From NCBI GenBank assembly GCA_048938855.1, contig JBHLLT010000011.1:1-64000 (forward strand): DNA of 64,000 nt, written 5' to 3'. The first letter of the stretch is position 1, and every line of letters starts with the position of its first letter. A program made the translations under genes and the position numbers. Shown in pieces: positions 31,363 through 40,698 of this stretch. The notes below the pieces were generated by a model, which was not told the origin of the DNA, searched no databases, and saw only the letters and a program-made list of their open reading frames with translations. This DNA is from Promethearchaeota archaeon. GTDB taxonomy: Archaea; Asgardarchaeota; Lokiarchaeia; Sigyniarchaeales; SOKP01.

Positions 31363-31509
31363 TTAAGATTTGCAATCATTATCGATGACGACAGTTGTCT
31401 TATCAGTAGAATAATCAAAAGGCATACCACACATTGGACACAGATCTATTTTAAATAAAACATCAAAATCTATACACAATCTACAATTAGGGCATTTAAT
31501 TAATTTCAT
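31363..31509 (-). CDS. small Zn-finger protein (48 aa), not in the ORF track
   Basis: MKLIKCPNCRLCIDFDVLFKIDLCPMCGMPF...; CPxC plus CPxCG. Confidence 0.6.
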   Translation of the reverse strand: MKLIKCPNCRLCIDFDVLFKIDLCPMCGMPFDYSTDKTTVVIDNDCKS

Positions 31510-31613
31510 GAAACTTAATCCAAAATTATATTTTTAAACTCCACCACATAAAAACGATCTGATCAATCAGAATTTTTCAATTGGTTTAATTAGATATTCT
31601 GAGATAAAATAAT

Positions 31614-32954
31614 ATGCTTACTCATGAAAGCTTAGAGAAAAAATCTGAAAGGGAAAATATTCAAGAAACACTAAAAAAAATTAAAAACAGAAAGAATAAT
31701 TATGTAGTTTTTTCCCTAGTTTATTTCATTATTAGTTTAATTCAAATTTACGTTCTCGTATATATCCCCTTGTTTCATTTCGATGTTTTAAATGTAGATA
31801 GATCCAGCTTATCCTTAATACAGAGCTTATCATATCTCGTTTTATTTTCATTCCCAGCATTGGGATTATTTTTTGATAAATTTTCAAGATATAAGAATAA
31901 GATAATTATTTTCTTTAGCTTTGTCTTATCTTTAAGCTTTTTAATGTTTATTATGTATAATCAATTTCTTCTTAGTTTTTCCATATTTTTGGTTCTATTT
32001 CTGATAAGTACAGCAGTAATTAGAACAGGAATGTCAAAGCTACTTTTAGAGGCTCCAGATAAAAAGAGTGAAAAAAATTTAATTATATTAATCAATTCCT
32101 GCTCCTCAATAGGGATATTACTTTCTTCATTTTTGTTTAAATTTTGTGTGAAAGAAATCGATTCTTTAGATTTTTGGAATGTTTTCTTTATAGTTGGATG
32201 GTTAATAACTTCCCCCTTATTAGTCATATTCGTTTTTATGAGAAAGACCGCTCTAAGAGAACCATGTCAAGAATCTTTTAAAGAGACTTTTAAAGAACAA
32301 GATCATTTGAAGTTTTTTTCAATTTTAATGATATCTCTTATATTTTTAGCATATTTTTTTTTATGGAGTGATAGATTAATAGCTTACCCTTTTAGTTCTT
32401 ACGTTCTTTCCCGATTTGGAGAAGGAGGTTTTACATTATACTCAGATTTTTATGTAATTTTTACTCTTTTCAATATATTGGGTTTCTATATAGCAAAGAG
32501 ACTGCTAAACAGAATAAATTTCAATGAAGATCCAACTATTAATCAGTATAAAAAATTTTTTCAGATTGTTATTTTTCTCACATTAATTTATGTGCTTAGT
32601 TTAATATTACTGCTGTTTTCAGATATAATAATTCTATTAGCTACTTATTCTTTAATTTATCTCTTAGGCGGTCTGTTTGTGGTGCTATATACAACCATCT
32701 TTCTCCAGATCTCTAGAACTGGAAAAAATGAGAATCTAAGGTATTGGATTATGTTACTATCATCTAATTTAGCGAGTATTACATTTTTACCTCTCGGCAC
32801 ATTCCTTTCTCAATATATATCAATGGAGATCTTAATCACAATGGTTATTTCTTTAACTTCCGTATCGATTTTATTAATTTATTTGTCAAGGAAATCTATC
32901 GGATGTGGGAATATATTGAAAAAAGAAATAGAAAGTAAATGTCAATCCCTATAG
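31614..32954 (+). CDS. MFS-type permease
   Basis: About 12 TM segments; GLFFDKFSR resembles MFS motif A. Confidence 0.8.
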   Translation: MLTHESLEKKSERENIQETLKKIKNRKNNYVVFSLVYFIISLIQIYVLVYIPLFHFDVLNVDRSSLSLIQSLSYLVLFSFPALGLFFDKFSRYKNKIIIFFSFVLSLSFLMFIMYNQFLLSFSIFLVLFLISTAVIRTGMSKLLLEAPDKKSEKNLIILINSCSSIGILLSSFLFKFCVKEIDSLDFWNVFFIVGWLITSPLLVIFVFMRKTALREPCQESFKETFKEQDHLKFFSILMISLIFLAYFFLWSDRLIAYPFSSYVLSRFGEGGFTLYSDFYVIFTLFNILGFYIAKRLLNRINFNEDPTINQYKKFFQIVIFLTLIYVLSLILLLFSDIIILLATYSLIYLLGGLFVVLYTTIFLQISRTGKNENLRYWIMLLSSNLASITFLPLGTFLSQYISMEILITMVISLTSVSILLIYLSRKSIGCGNILKKEIESKCQSL

Positions 32955-33210
32955 AACTTGTATAATGGGAAAGCTTTACAAAATAGGTTGTACTTCATAA
33001 CCGGGCATAATATTGTTATGTATTTAGTTATTTAAAATCAGATTAAAATTTTAAATATCAATATTAATAGCATTTTTAACAATTACCAAGGAAAAAGAGA
33101 AATAGAATGTAAATGTCCAAAGGGACAATTACATAATCATTTTATGGCATTCCTTCCCAGCCTGGCATAATAATATTCTTTAGATATTCTTTTAAACTAA
33201 ACGAAAAAAA

Positions 33211-36200
33211 TTAGTCTTTATCTTCTTTTAAAAGGGCTGGATAAAGCTTCTCAAACTTTTCTGTATATAATTTATAATTAATCCAGATTTTATCCTTTTC
33301 ATTCCATTTTAAATTGAATAATGGATTAAAAGAATTTAGAAAACTTAGGTCTTTATATATATTACTAAGAAGATTCTTTCCATTAGTTAAATCTGTTAAA
33401 ACAATGTAATTATTTATTTCAAAATATTCAAGCAATAAATCAAATAATTTTAAGAATTCATCAAGCTCACATTGAGGTAAATATAATATTATCATCAGTC
33501 CATTTTCAAATCTAATTTGTTCTGTTAAGCCATGAATATAATATTCTCCTTCTATCTCATAAATAAAGCCATAATTAAAGAAATTAAAAATTTTTATAAT
33601 AGTCTGATTTAATCCTTCTTTTACATCAGGTAAAATTAGAGAGATCTTATCTTGAAAGTTTAAATTTCTTAACTTAATATAGGGAAAAATTAAATTTTCT
33701 GCGACAAGTTTTTTAAAGTTATTAATAACTGAGTAGTTACGCGTAGCTAAGAATGATTTAATATCTATAGACCTCCAAGTGTATATTTCAGTTAATGCGT
33801 TGAAGTATGTAGACTTAAACCCAATATATTTCTCTTCAGGGGTTTTCATCATATTAAATTGCCTTAATTTAGCAAATTCTACTTTATAGTCCTGATTAAA
33901 AAGAATATTTTGCATATATATTTTGAATCGATTTGAATCATAATTCCAACCTGTAAAGCTTAGGTTATAATTAAAATTTAGAATTTGATATACTTTTTTG
34001 ATTGAAAATAGACAATACTCCTGTATAATATGTTTTGTCTTTGTATACCAGTTAAGATGTTTCATGTTGGGATTTCTAAATGGAAAGATATACTTAATTA
34101 AAAAAGAGCTAGTATCATCAATGGATGTTGGATATTTAATAGTTTGAAAAGTATTAATCAATAGGTGCTTAAAATCTACCTCATTTACATTTGAAGGGCG
34201 AATATATAAGTAATATTGATCTAACCCAAAAGCTTGAAAATTTGGAATAAATTTTATTGATTTTATAAAATTTTTAAAGAATTTTTCATTCTGAACGCTC
34301 CTGAAACTTTCTGGATCAAGAAGAATAGTAGTTAATTCTTTATTAAATTCAGATAATGACCTAAATCTTTTAATATTAAAATTTTTTTGTTCATATGAAA
34401 CACGCTTATTTACCTTGTTTACTAATTTAAGGATATTGTGTTCTTTTCCCCAAAAATGCTCTTGAGACGCACTCCTAATTACTTGGAGCGGTCTACTTAA
34501 TTCTCCTAATTGATTTTGAATAGATAGAAAACTCTGTTCAAATAAATCTTTGGTAAAAAAAAACTCATTTCTATCGAAGTCATAAAAATCTTTGACTAAT
34601 ACAAAGCCAATTAAACCGCTTGTGAAATACCTATTTAATTTGAGAAGATCTTCTTTGAAAATATTATATATAATCGAGCAAAATAGTTCTTTTTCCTTAA
34701 TATTTAAGAAATATGTAAATAGGATTATGTTATCTTCTTTACTAAATAAATTTTCTACTCTTTGAAAAATAACTCTTGGAAAGAATTTTAAAATCTTCTC
34801 AATTTTGTATATGACTTTTTGGGTGCATTTTAATATTAAGAGAGGGTGAAATTTTGCAAAAGAACTTACAATAATTGTCTTAATGAGTTCTGGTGAGATT
34901 AAATCTTTTTCAATAAATTTTTTGAGTATTGAATCTAGGATCTGGTTAGTAATTCTATAGGGCTTAAATTTGGCAAAAGATTGTGCAAGTTTTTTTTCTT
35001 TTGTCCTATATATTTTTTCGATCAATTTTTCATTTTTTAGAATCTGTTTCATCGATTCAATACTGAAGATTTTTAAATTCCTACATAAAGTAAATAATTC
35101 AAGGAAGTGGGAATATTTTTCTTTCAATATATAATATTTTTGAACTGAACTAAAATAAAGTGGTAGTATATCTCTAAATATGATTAATTGAATATCTTTA
35201 TTTTTAAAATTTGTATTAACTTCGATCAAATTAGAAATTTTGTGAGTTTTTAAGAATTCTTGGAGTCTGAACAAACTATTAATATCAGAATTCTGTGTAA
35301 TTAAGTTTTCAATTAAATTTAAGGACGTAATTATTTGTTGAAGCATATCTCCAATATAAAAAAAGCCATACATTCTATTTTTTTCCAAAAAGTTAATTAA
35401 ATCCTCCTTTAGTTCCCTAGAAGCATTTATAACATTAAGAGAAGCTTTTAGATCCGAAATTAAAACATTTTCACTTTCGATGTGGTTAAGTACTTCATCT
35501 TTGAGTGATTTAAGTGTTTCTTCCCTACGTTCGAATCCAAAACCAGTAAGACTTGTTTGTCTAACTCGCTCAAAAACAATCCAATCTAAAAGATCCAAAT
35601 TAATTGACTTTTGCGGTGCGTTATACTTTTTTGAGAATTCAAGTTCAAATTGATTGCTATATTCTTTATGGTTTGGATTTATGATTTTACGTAAATCGCT
35701 AAATTTGTTTCTGAAATAATTCAAATTTAAAAAATTTTTATACTCTTTCCAGATATAGCATTCTTTATTAATAGTATAACCAAAAATAAATAAATTTTCA
35801 ATCAATTTTAACAAATCAACAAGATAAATTCTGGGGATTACAAATAAACAATGAATTTCTTCAGAAAATCCTTTTTTCGCCAAAAATTTACTGTTTAAAA
35901 ATGGTATTTTGTCTAAGATTTTATAAATATCCTTTCGATTTAATATGGGATTAAATTTAAGAATTGAAATTACCACAGCGATGTCAATTTTATGGTAAAT
36001 TGGTTGAAAAGAGGGAGATATAATAGTATATTTATTAATCCAACGTAAATTCTCACTAAACTTTCTTTTACTTAAAGTAGTTGAAATTATTCCCTTTTCT
36101 TTAAAATCTTGAAAATAAGCTTCAAATTCGTTGTAATTTTTAAAAAGTTTCACATGATAGAAAATTTCTACAAGAATTCTTATAGTTTCTAAAATTTCGT

Positions 36201-36819
36201 CGTTATAAAGAGATTTTGAAATTTTATATATAAATTCTTCATAAAGAATGTCATAAAAATCATCCATCTTGTCATGAATTAAAGGGATGTTTCTGCGTAT
36301 AAACTCAAAAAAGAATTGTGTTGGACTTTGGGTGGTTTCTGTTGCTTCAAGTTTAAAAAATTTATCAAGTTTATCAAATTGAGATGATAAGAAGTTATAA
36401 TTAATAATTTTACTACGAACTAATTTTTTCCATTCATCTATTACCTCTAATTTAAAAAGATCACTTTCTATTATTTCATGAATGACAATTTGGATAACCT
36501 TATTCTCTCTTAACTCATATGGGATAAATACTAAGTAAGATTCCCTGAGCAAGATAAATTCTAAAAGCTTTAAATATTTTTCTGAGATTTTTATTTGATT
36601 TTGATTATTTATCAATGTTCTCCTTACACCAAGATTAAAAAAATCATCTGAATATTCTTTTTGATCTTTTGTAATTATGATTGACATATTTGGATTAATT
36701 GGAGCTAAATCAAGATAATTTTGAATTTCATTCAAAAGATTACTGAAGATTTGGTTTACGTCCTTTATTATAGTCTCCTTTGGTGTATTTATCAAAATAT
36801 CTAAATTTAGAGTATTCAT
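33211..36819 (-). CDS. large hypothetical protein with repeated Lrp/AsnC-like modules
   Basis: 1202-aa ORF with internal repeats (PIYHKIDI / PNFQAFGL / PYIKLRNLNF, each followed by beta-alpha segments). Confidence 0.7.
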   Translation of the reverse strand: MNTLNLDILINTPKETIIKDVNQIFSNLLNEIQNYLDLAPINPNMSIIITKDQKEYSDDFFNLGVRRTLINNQNQIKISEKYLKLLEFILLRESYLVFIPYELRENKVIQIVIHEIIESDLFKLEVIDEWKKLVRSKIINYNFLSSQFDKLDKFFKLEATETTQSPTQFFFEFIRRNIPLIHDKMDDFYDILYEEFIYKISKSLYNDEILETIRILVEIFYHVKLFKNYNEFEAYFQDFKEKGIISTTLSKRKFSENLRWINKYTIISPSFQPIYHKIDIAVVISILKFNPILNRKDIYKILDKIPFLNSKFLAKKGFSEEIHCLFVIPRIYLVDLLKLIENLFIFGYTINKECYIWKEYKNFLNLNYFRNKFSDLRKIINPNHKEYSNQFELEFSKKYNAPQKSINLDLLDWIVFERVRQTSLTGFGFERREETLKSLKDEVLNHIESENVLISDLKASLNVINASRELKEDLINFLEKNRMYGFFYIGDMLQQIITSLNLIENLITQNSDINSLFRLQEFLKTHKISNLIEVNTNFKNKDIQLIIFRDILPLYFSSVQKYYILKEKYSHFLELFTLCRNLKIFSIESMKQILKNEKLIEKIYRTKEKKLAQSFAKFKPYRITNQILDSILKKFIEKDLISPELIKTIIVSSFAKFHPLLILKCTQKVIYKIEKILKFFPRVIFQRVENLFSKEDNIILFTYFLNIKEKELFCSIIYNIFKEDLLKLNRYFTSGLIGFVLVKDFYDFDRNEFFFTKDLFEQSFLSIQNQLGELSRPLQVIRSASQEHFWGKEHNILKLVNKVNKRVSYEQKNFNIKRFRSLSEFNKELTTILLDPESFRSVQNEKFFKNFIKSIKFIPNFQAFGLDQYYLYIRPSNVNEVDFKHLLINTFQTIKYPTSIDDTSSFLIKYIFPFRNPNMKHLNWYTKTKHIIQEYCLFSIKKVYQILNFNYNLSFTGWNYDSNRFKIYMQNILFNQDYKVEFAKLRQFNMMKTPEEKYIGFKSTYFNALTEIYTWRSIDIKSFLATRNYSVINNFKKLVAENLIFPYIKLRNLNFQDKISLILPDVKEGLNQTIIKIFNFFNYGFIYEIEGEYYIHGLTEQIRFENGLMIILYLPQCELDEFLKLFDLLLEYFEINNYIVLTDLTNGKNLLSNIYKDLSFLNSFNPLFNLKWNEKDKIWINYKLYTEKFEKLYPALLKEDKD

Positions 36820-37142
36820 AAGAATCCTGTTATCTTTTACCCCTTCCTTTAGTGTTTAGGCTTAAAAAATCACTCAAATACAAATTATTTCTTTATCTTC
36901 GTTAAAATATTACCAATAATCTATTTAAAAGTTTAGCAAATTTAGAGGAATTTTTAACAATATCGTCTTAATACTTAATTTTCTAAATCAAATATTAATG
37001 TCGGGAGATAGTGAAGAAGTAGGTTTACTAAATTAATAAATTGTTAACATATTGTTTTTAATAAGTGAAATTCTTTAAATTAATTTAGGATTTATATTAA
37101 CTATAATAGAAAGATTTGGTTAATAAAAAGAGAGTATAGATA

Positions 37143-37871
37143 TTGTTCAATCTAAAGATTAAGACTTACATCCATCAAAATATTCCTTATTCCTTTAATT
37201 GGAATAAGGAGCATCATAAAGAAAAATACTCTCAAATAATTTCTAATCGAGATGAGTTAAATAAACTAAAGATTCATTTTAAAAGAGTTTACGAAGGGGT
37301 AATCCCCAACAGATTATTCAACTCAAGAGAATTTCCTAGGGTATCTCAATTTAAAATTAAAGGTTTAAAGTCTGCTTTTATTAGGAGTTTCAGCAAAAAC
37401 TTAATTAGATCTGGTAAAATTCGATATTATGATTCTGCGGCAAAATTACCAGGATATGCTCAAAAAGTTTTTGAAAATTATCAAAAAAATGATATACCGG
37501 GATTCCCAGGCCATGAACCAATCTTGAAAAATATTTTAATTAAGGATAGGGATGCTGTTGCAATAGAAGTCCCGATATGGGATAAAAAACAATATGTTGC
37601 AGTTACCGGCCACATTGATTTGATTCAAATAGAAAGTGATATTATTAAAGTGGTTGATTATAAGCCAGAAGGAAATTTCTTACTGTCGCTACCTCAAGTT
37701 GCTATGTATGGGCACTTAATTAAATCTAAATTAAATATTAATAAGGTTAAATGTGTTTCATTTAATAAACAAGGAGCTTGGGAATATGATCCAAATATAT
37801 TGAATGAAGAAATTAAAGAATTTTTAATTTCACACCATATCGATGAGAGACCGTGGGAAATATTTATTTAA
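37143..37871 (+). CDS. PD-(D/E)XK nuclease family protein
   Basis: IEVPIW...GHIDLI...VVDYKP...QVAMY, RecB-like motifs. Confidence 0.85.
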   Translation: MFNLKIKTYIHQNIPYSFNWNKEHHKEKYSQIISNRDELNKLKIHFKRVYEGVIPNRLFNSREFPRVSQFKIKGLKSAFIRSFSKNLIRSGKIRYYDSAAKLPGYAQKVFENYQKNDIPGFPGHEPILKNILIKDRDAVAIEVPIWDKKQYVAVTGHIDLIQIESDIIKVVDYKPEGNFLLSLPQVAMYGHLIKSKLNINKVKCVSFNKQGAWEYDPNILNEEIKEFLISHHIDERPWEIFI

Positions 37872-37883
37872 AATAATCTATTG

Positions 37884-38159
37884 TTAGAGTTTCTTACCTT
37901 TTGATGCAGAAGGTTCTTTTTCATTAGCGGTTTTTAAATAACCACGTATTAGAAAATAACACAAGACAAGAGCGATAAATTCCACGATAATACTAACAAA
38001 AGTAATGATTGTGCCATTATACCCTATATATCTCAAAAATATAGCGCAACCTAATCCACTCGAGGCAAAACCAACAAGTAATAATGCTTTAATTATTTGA
38101 GATAAAGAACTGAATATGTATCCGATTTCTTTTTTAATCCAAGAAAATACTGAAGCCAT
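37884..38159 (-). CDS. small membrane protein
   Basis: Two TM helices. Confidence 0.7.
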   Translation of the reverse strand: MASVFSWIKKEIGYIFSSLSQIIKALLLVGFASSGLGCAIFLRYIGYNGTIITFVSIIVEFIALVLCYFLIRGYLKTANEKEPSASKGKKL

Positions 38160-38292
38160 AAGAATCTATCACTTCTTTCTACTTTAGTAAAGTAAAGAAC
38201 GTATATTTTAATATTTTTTTCATTTTAAAAATTAATTTTAAAATAATAAGTCAAATATTAGGAACAAAATTTTAAAAGAGATAAGAGAAGAT

Positions 38293-40698
38293 TCACTTCT
38301 TACTTTTGAATTTAGTATATAATGCTTTGTCAAGGAACTTACCGATTTTTACAGCAATTTGATTTCCGATTTCATAGCGTTCACCGTCAAGCAGATTCTT
38401 TTTCTGTTCAGGAGAAGGGGTAACTTTAAGTCGTTTTACTAAAGTTTTTTCGATAATTTCATTAACAATCTCTATGGACTTTTCATAATCTGGAAGTTTT
38501 ATTTCCGGTTCAAAACTTTTAATCTTCTCCATGGCAAAATTAAAAAATTCAGAAATTAGCTCAACAGGCTCTCCTTTCAATTCACTATGAAGTTTAATAT
38601 TATCTGTAGCTATTTTAGTGTCTTTCTCCTGCCAGTATAACTGATTTGGGTTAATACCGGGACTAGTTATCCTCATTAGTGAACTGGTGATTCTACGTTC
38701 AATCCAATTTAGAGTGCTTATTTCTTGTACTTCCCGAATTTTTTTAGCCTTCTCTTCTTTTATTTTCTCTTTTGTTTCGATTATTCGTTCTACCTCCGCT
38801 TTACGATTTGCCTCAGAATTTTCAAATCTTTTTATGATATCATATCCTATACAATATGAAATTGGAGAGATAATGTCGGATTTTAACTTTAAATTAACAA
38901 CATCTTGATATAATAAACTTGGATTATTTCTTAATTCTGACATCGCTTCTTTTAAAGAAGATTCGGTTATTCTTGCAAATATAAATCCATTGACTAGAAA
39001 CGGTTGATTGTTTGCATTAAGCACAGTGACAAGTTCTTCTTGTCTTTTATTTAATCTCTTAATAATCAATTCTTCAAGTTTAACTTTTATCCATTCCTCT
39101 GATTCAGTAGTCCCATCAATTTTTTTTATTGCTAATAGGTATAGAGATCTGTCATTAGACACTTTAGAATATACTTCTATTATTCTACTCAGTTGCCTCA
39201 GAATTTTTGATAAAATATAAAAGAAAATATCCTTTGTTATTCTATTAAGAATCTCTTCAAATTCTAAAACAAATAAGATATGAGAATAATTTTTAAGTTT
39301 TAACTCACCTAAAAAGACTTTATCAATCGCTTGCTTCTTTCTAATATACTGACGAAGATTATTAATATTAATCCTTGTTTTTTCTTCCAATACTCTTATT
39401 AATGCTTGATTTTTCGCGGAATCTTGATTTAAAATATTTAGTAAATCGAATTCAGAGATATCTTCAGCTAAATTTAAAAAATTTTTAACATCTTGAGAAT
39501 AACTTTCTGAAAGTGCTTTTTTCGCTAAGTATATTAAGTTTTGGTTAGGATCATTTAAAGATATAATATCCAACTTTTGTACATTGTACCTAACCATATT
39601 TCTTTTTACTTGAGCTGTAAGTTCTTCATCAACATTTATTAGATGCAGAATATTGAATACACCATATCTCTTTAGAGTATAAATTATCTCATCAAAACTA
39701 CATTCATTCATGCACTGTAAGAAGTAAATAAAATCATTTGGATGTTCCTTGAGCCTTCTAATTAATGCAAATTTTAAAAAACTCAAAATTTTATTTTCAA
39801 ACTGGTCATAATCGATTTTTTCTTCAAGAGCACTCTCCATTTTATAAATAAGATCTTTTTTTAGATCATTTGCTTCAATAAACACCTTCAAACCTGGTAT
39901 AGATATAGGAAATTTGTTAAAGTTGTAATCAATAATCTTTCTTTTTATCATTCTTACCGGCATTGCTTCAATTTGCAATTCCTTATATGATTTAAATTCA
40001 AAATCAGTACGTATTTTATCTATAAGACGCTTTAAAGTAGCTAATTCAATGAATTTATCTTCCTTTTCTTCCAATTTTAATCTTTTTTCTAATTCAACAG
40101 ATATGTCTTTAAAAGCCGCAGATTCTTCAAGAATTTCTCTTTTAACATCATTATTTAGCCCAATCATTTCCCCGATTAAATCATAAAAGTAAAATTGAGG
40201 ATAATTGATTATAATTTCTTGCAATTCTTGTTCAATATGGCTTTCAAGATCTTTTAACATATGCTCTTTATGAATTTCTTGAACTTCTTCTTTTCTTTCT
40301 TCGATCAAAAAAGAAAGAAATCTATTTTCTAATTCAATTATCTTGTTTAAAAGATTTATTTCTAATTTCAAGGAATCTTTTAATAGTGAATTGACTTCAT
40401 CAATTATAGTTTTCTTTTCAGTAATTTCTAAGTTTTTTGTTGAGTCAAAAGTGAAATTATCCCTATCCGTAAGTTTTTGAACTCGAATTCCTAAATTGTG
40501 GTAAATATGAATAGTGGCAGTTGCAATCAGTAAATCTTTAAAACTAGTTTTTTGACTAACAAGTTCAAAGATTTTATTTTTGTCTGCCTCTCTTTTAAAA
40601 TGTGAGATTATTAAATCAACCGTCTGAAAAAATCGGAAAGTACTCTCAATAGCAGTTGTTTTTCTTTTAACACCACTAATCATAATTCCTTCACCCAT
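38293..40698 (-). CDS. large helical hypothetical protein
   Basis: About 800-aa ORF, coiled-coil rich; start may be ATG 40683. Confidence 0.75.
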   Translation of the reverse strand: MGEGIMISGVKRKTTAIESTFRFFQTVDLIISHFKREADKNKIFELVSQKTSFKDLLIATATIHIYHNLGIRVQKLTDRDNFTFDSTKNLEITEKKTIIDEVNSLLKDSLKLEINLLNKIIELENRFLSFLIEERKEEVQEIHKEHMLKDLESHIEQELQEIIINYPQFYFYDLIGEMIGLNNDVKREILEESAAFKDISVELEKRLKLEEKEDKFIELATLKRLIDKIRTDFEFKSYKELQIEAMPVRMIKRKIIDYNFNKFPISIPGLKVFIEANDLKKDLIYKMESALEEKIDYDQFENKILSFLKFALIRRLKEHPNDFIYFLQCMNECSFDEIIYTLKRYGVFNILHLINVDEELTAQVKRNMVRYNVQKLDIISLNDPNQNLIYLAKKALSESYSQDVKNFLNLAEDISEFDLLNILNQDSAKNQALIRVLEEKTRININNLRQYIRKKQAIDKVFLGELKLKNYSHILFVLEFEEILNRITKDIFFYILSKILRQLSRIIEVYSKVSNDRSLYLLAIKKIDGTTESEEWIKVKLEELIIKRLNKRQEELVTVLNANNQPFLVNGFIFARITESSLKEAMSELRNNPSLLYQDVVNLKLKSDIISPISYCIGYDIIKRFENSEANRKAEVERIIETKEKIKEEKAKKIREVQEISTLNWIERRITSSLMRITSPGINPNQLYWQEKDTKIATDNIKLHSELKGEPVELISEFFNFAMEKIKSFEPEIKLPDYEKSIEIVNEIIEKTLVKRLKVTPSPEQKKNLLDGERYEIGNQIAVKIGKFLDKALYTKFKSKK

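Noticed and set aside
32995-33180. Short imperfect repeat (CCGGGCATAATATT / CCTGGCATAATAATATT)
   Set aside because: Only two short copies; no supportable function.
37143-37871. Cas4 / CRISPR locus
   Set aside because: No Fe-S cysteines, no cas neighbours and no repeat-spacer array in the window.
30954-37871. Integrated mobile element at tRNA-Arg
   Set aside because: No integrase or transposase and no duplicated tRNA 3' end found; the block lies on the tRNA 5' side.
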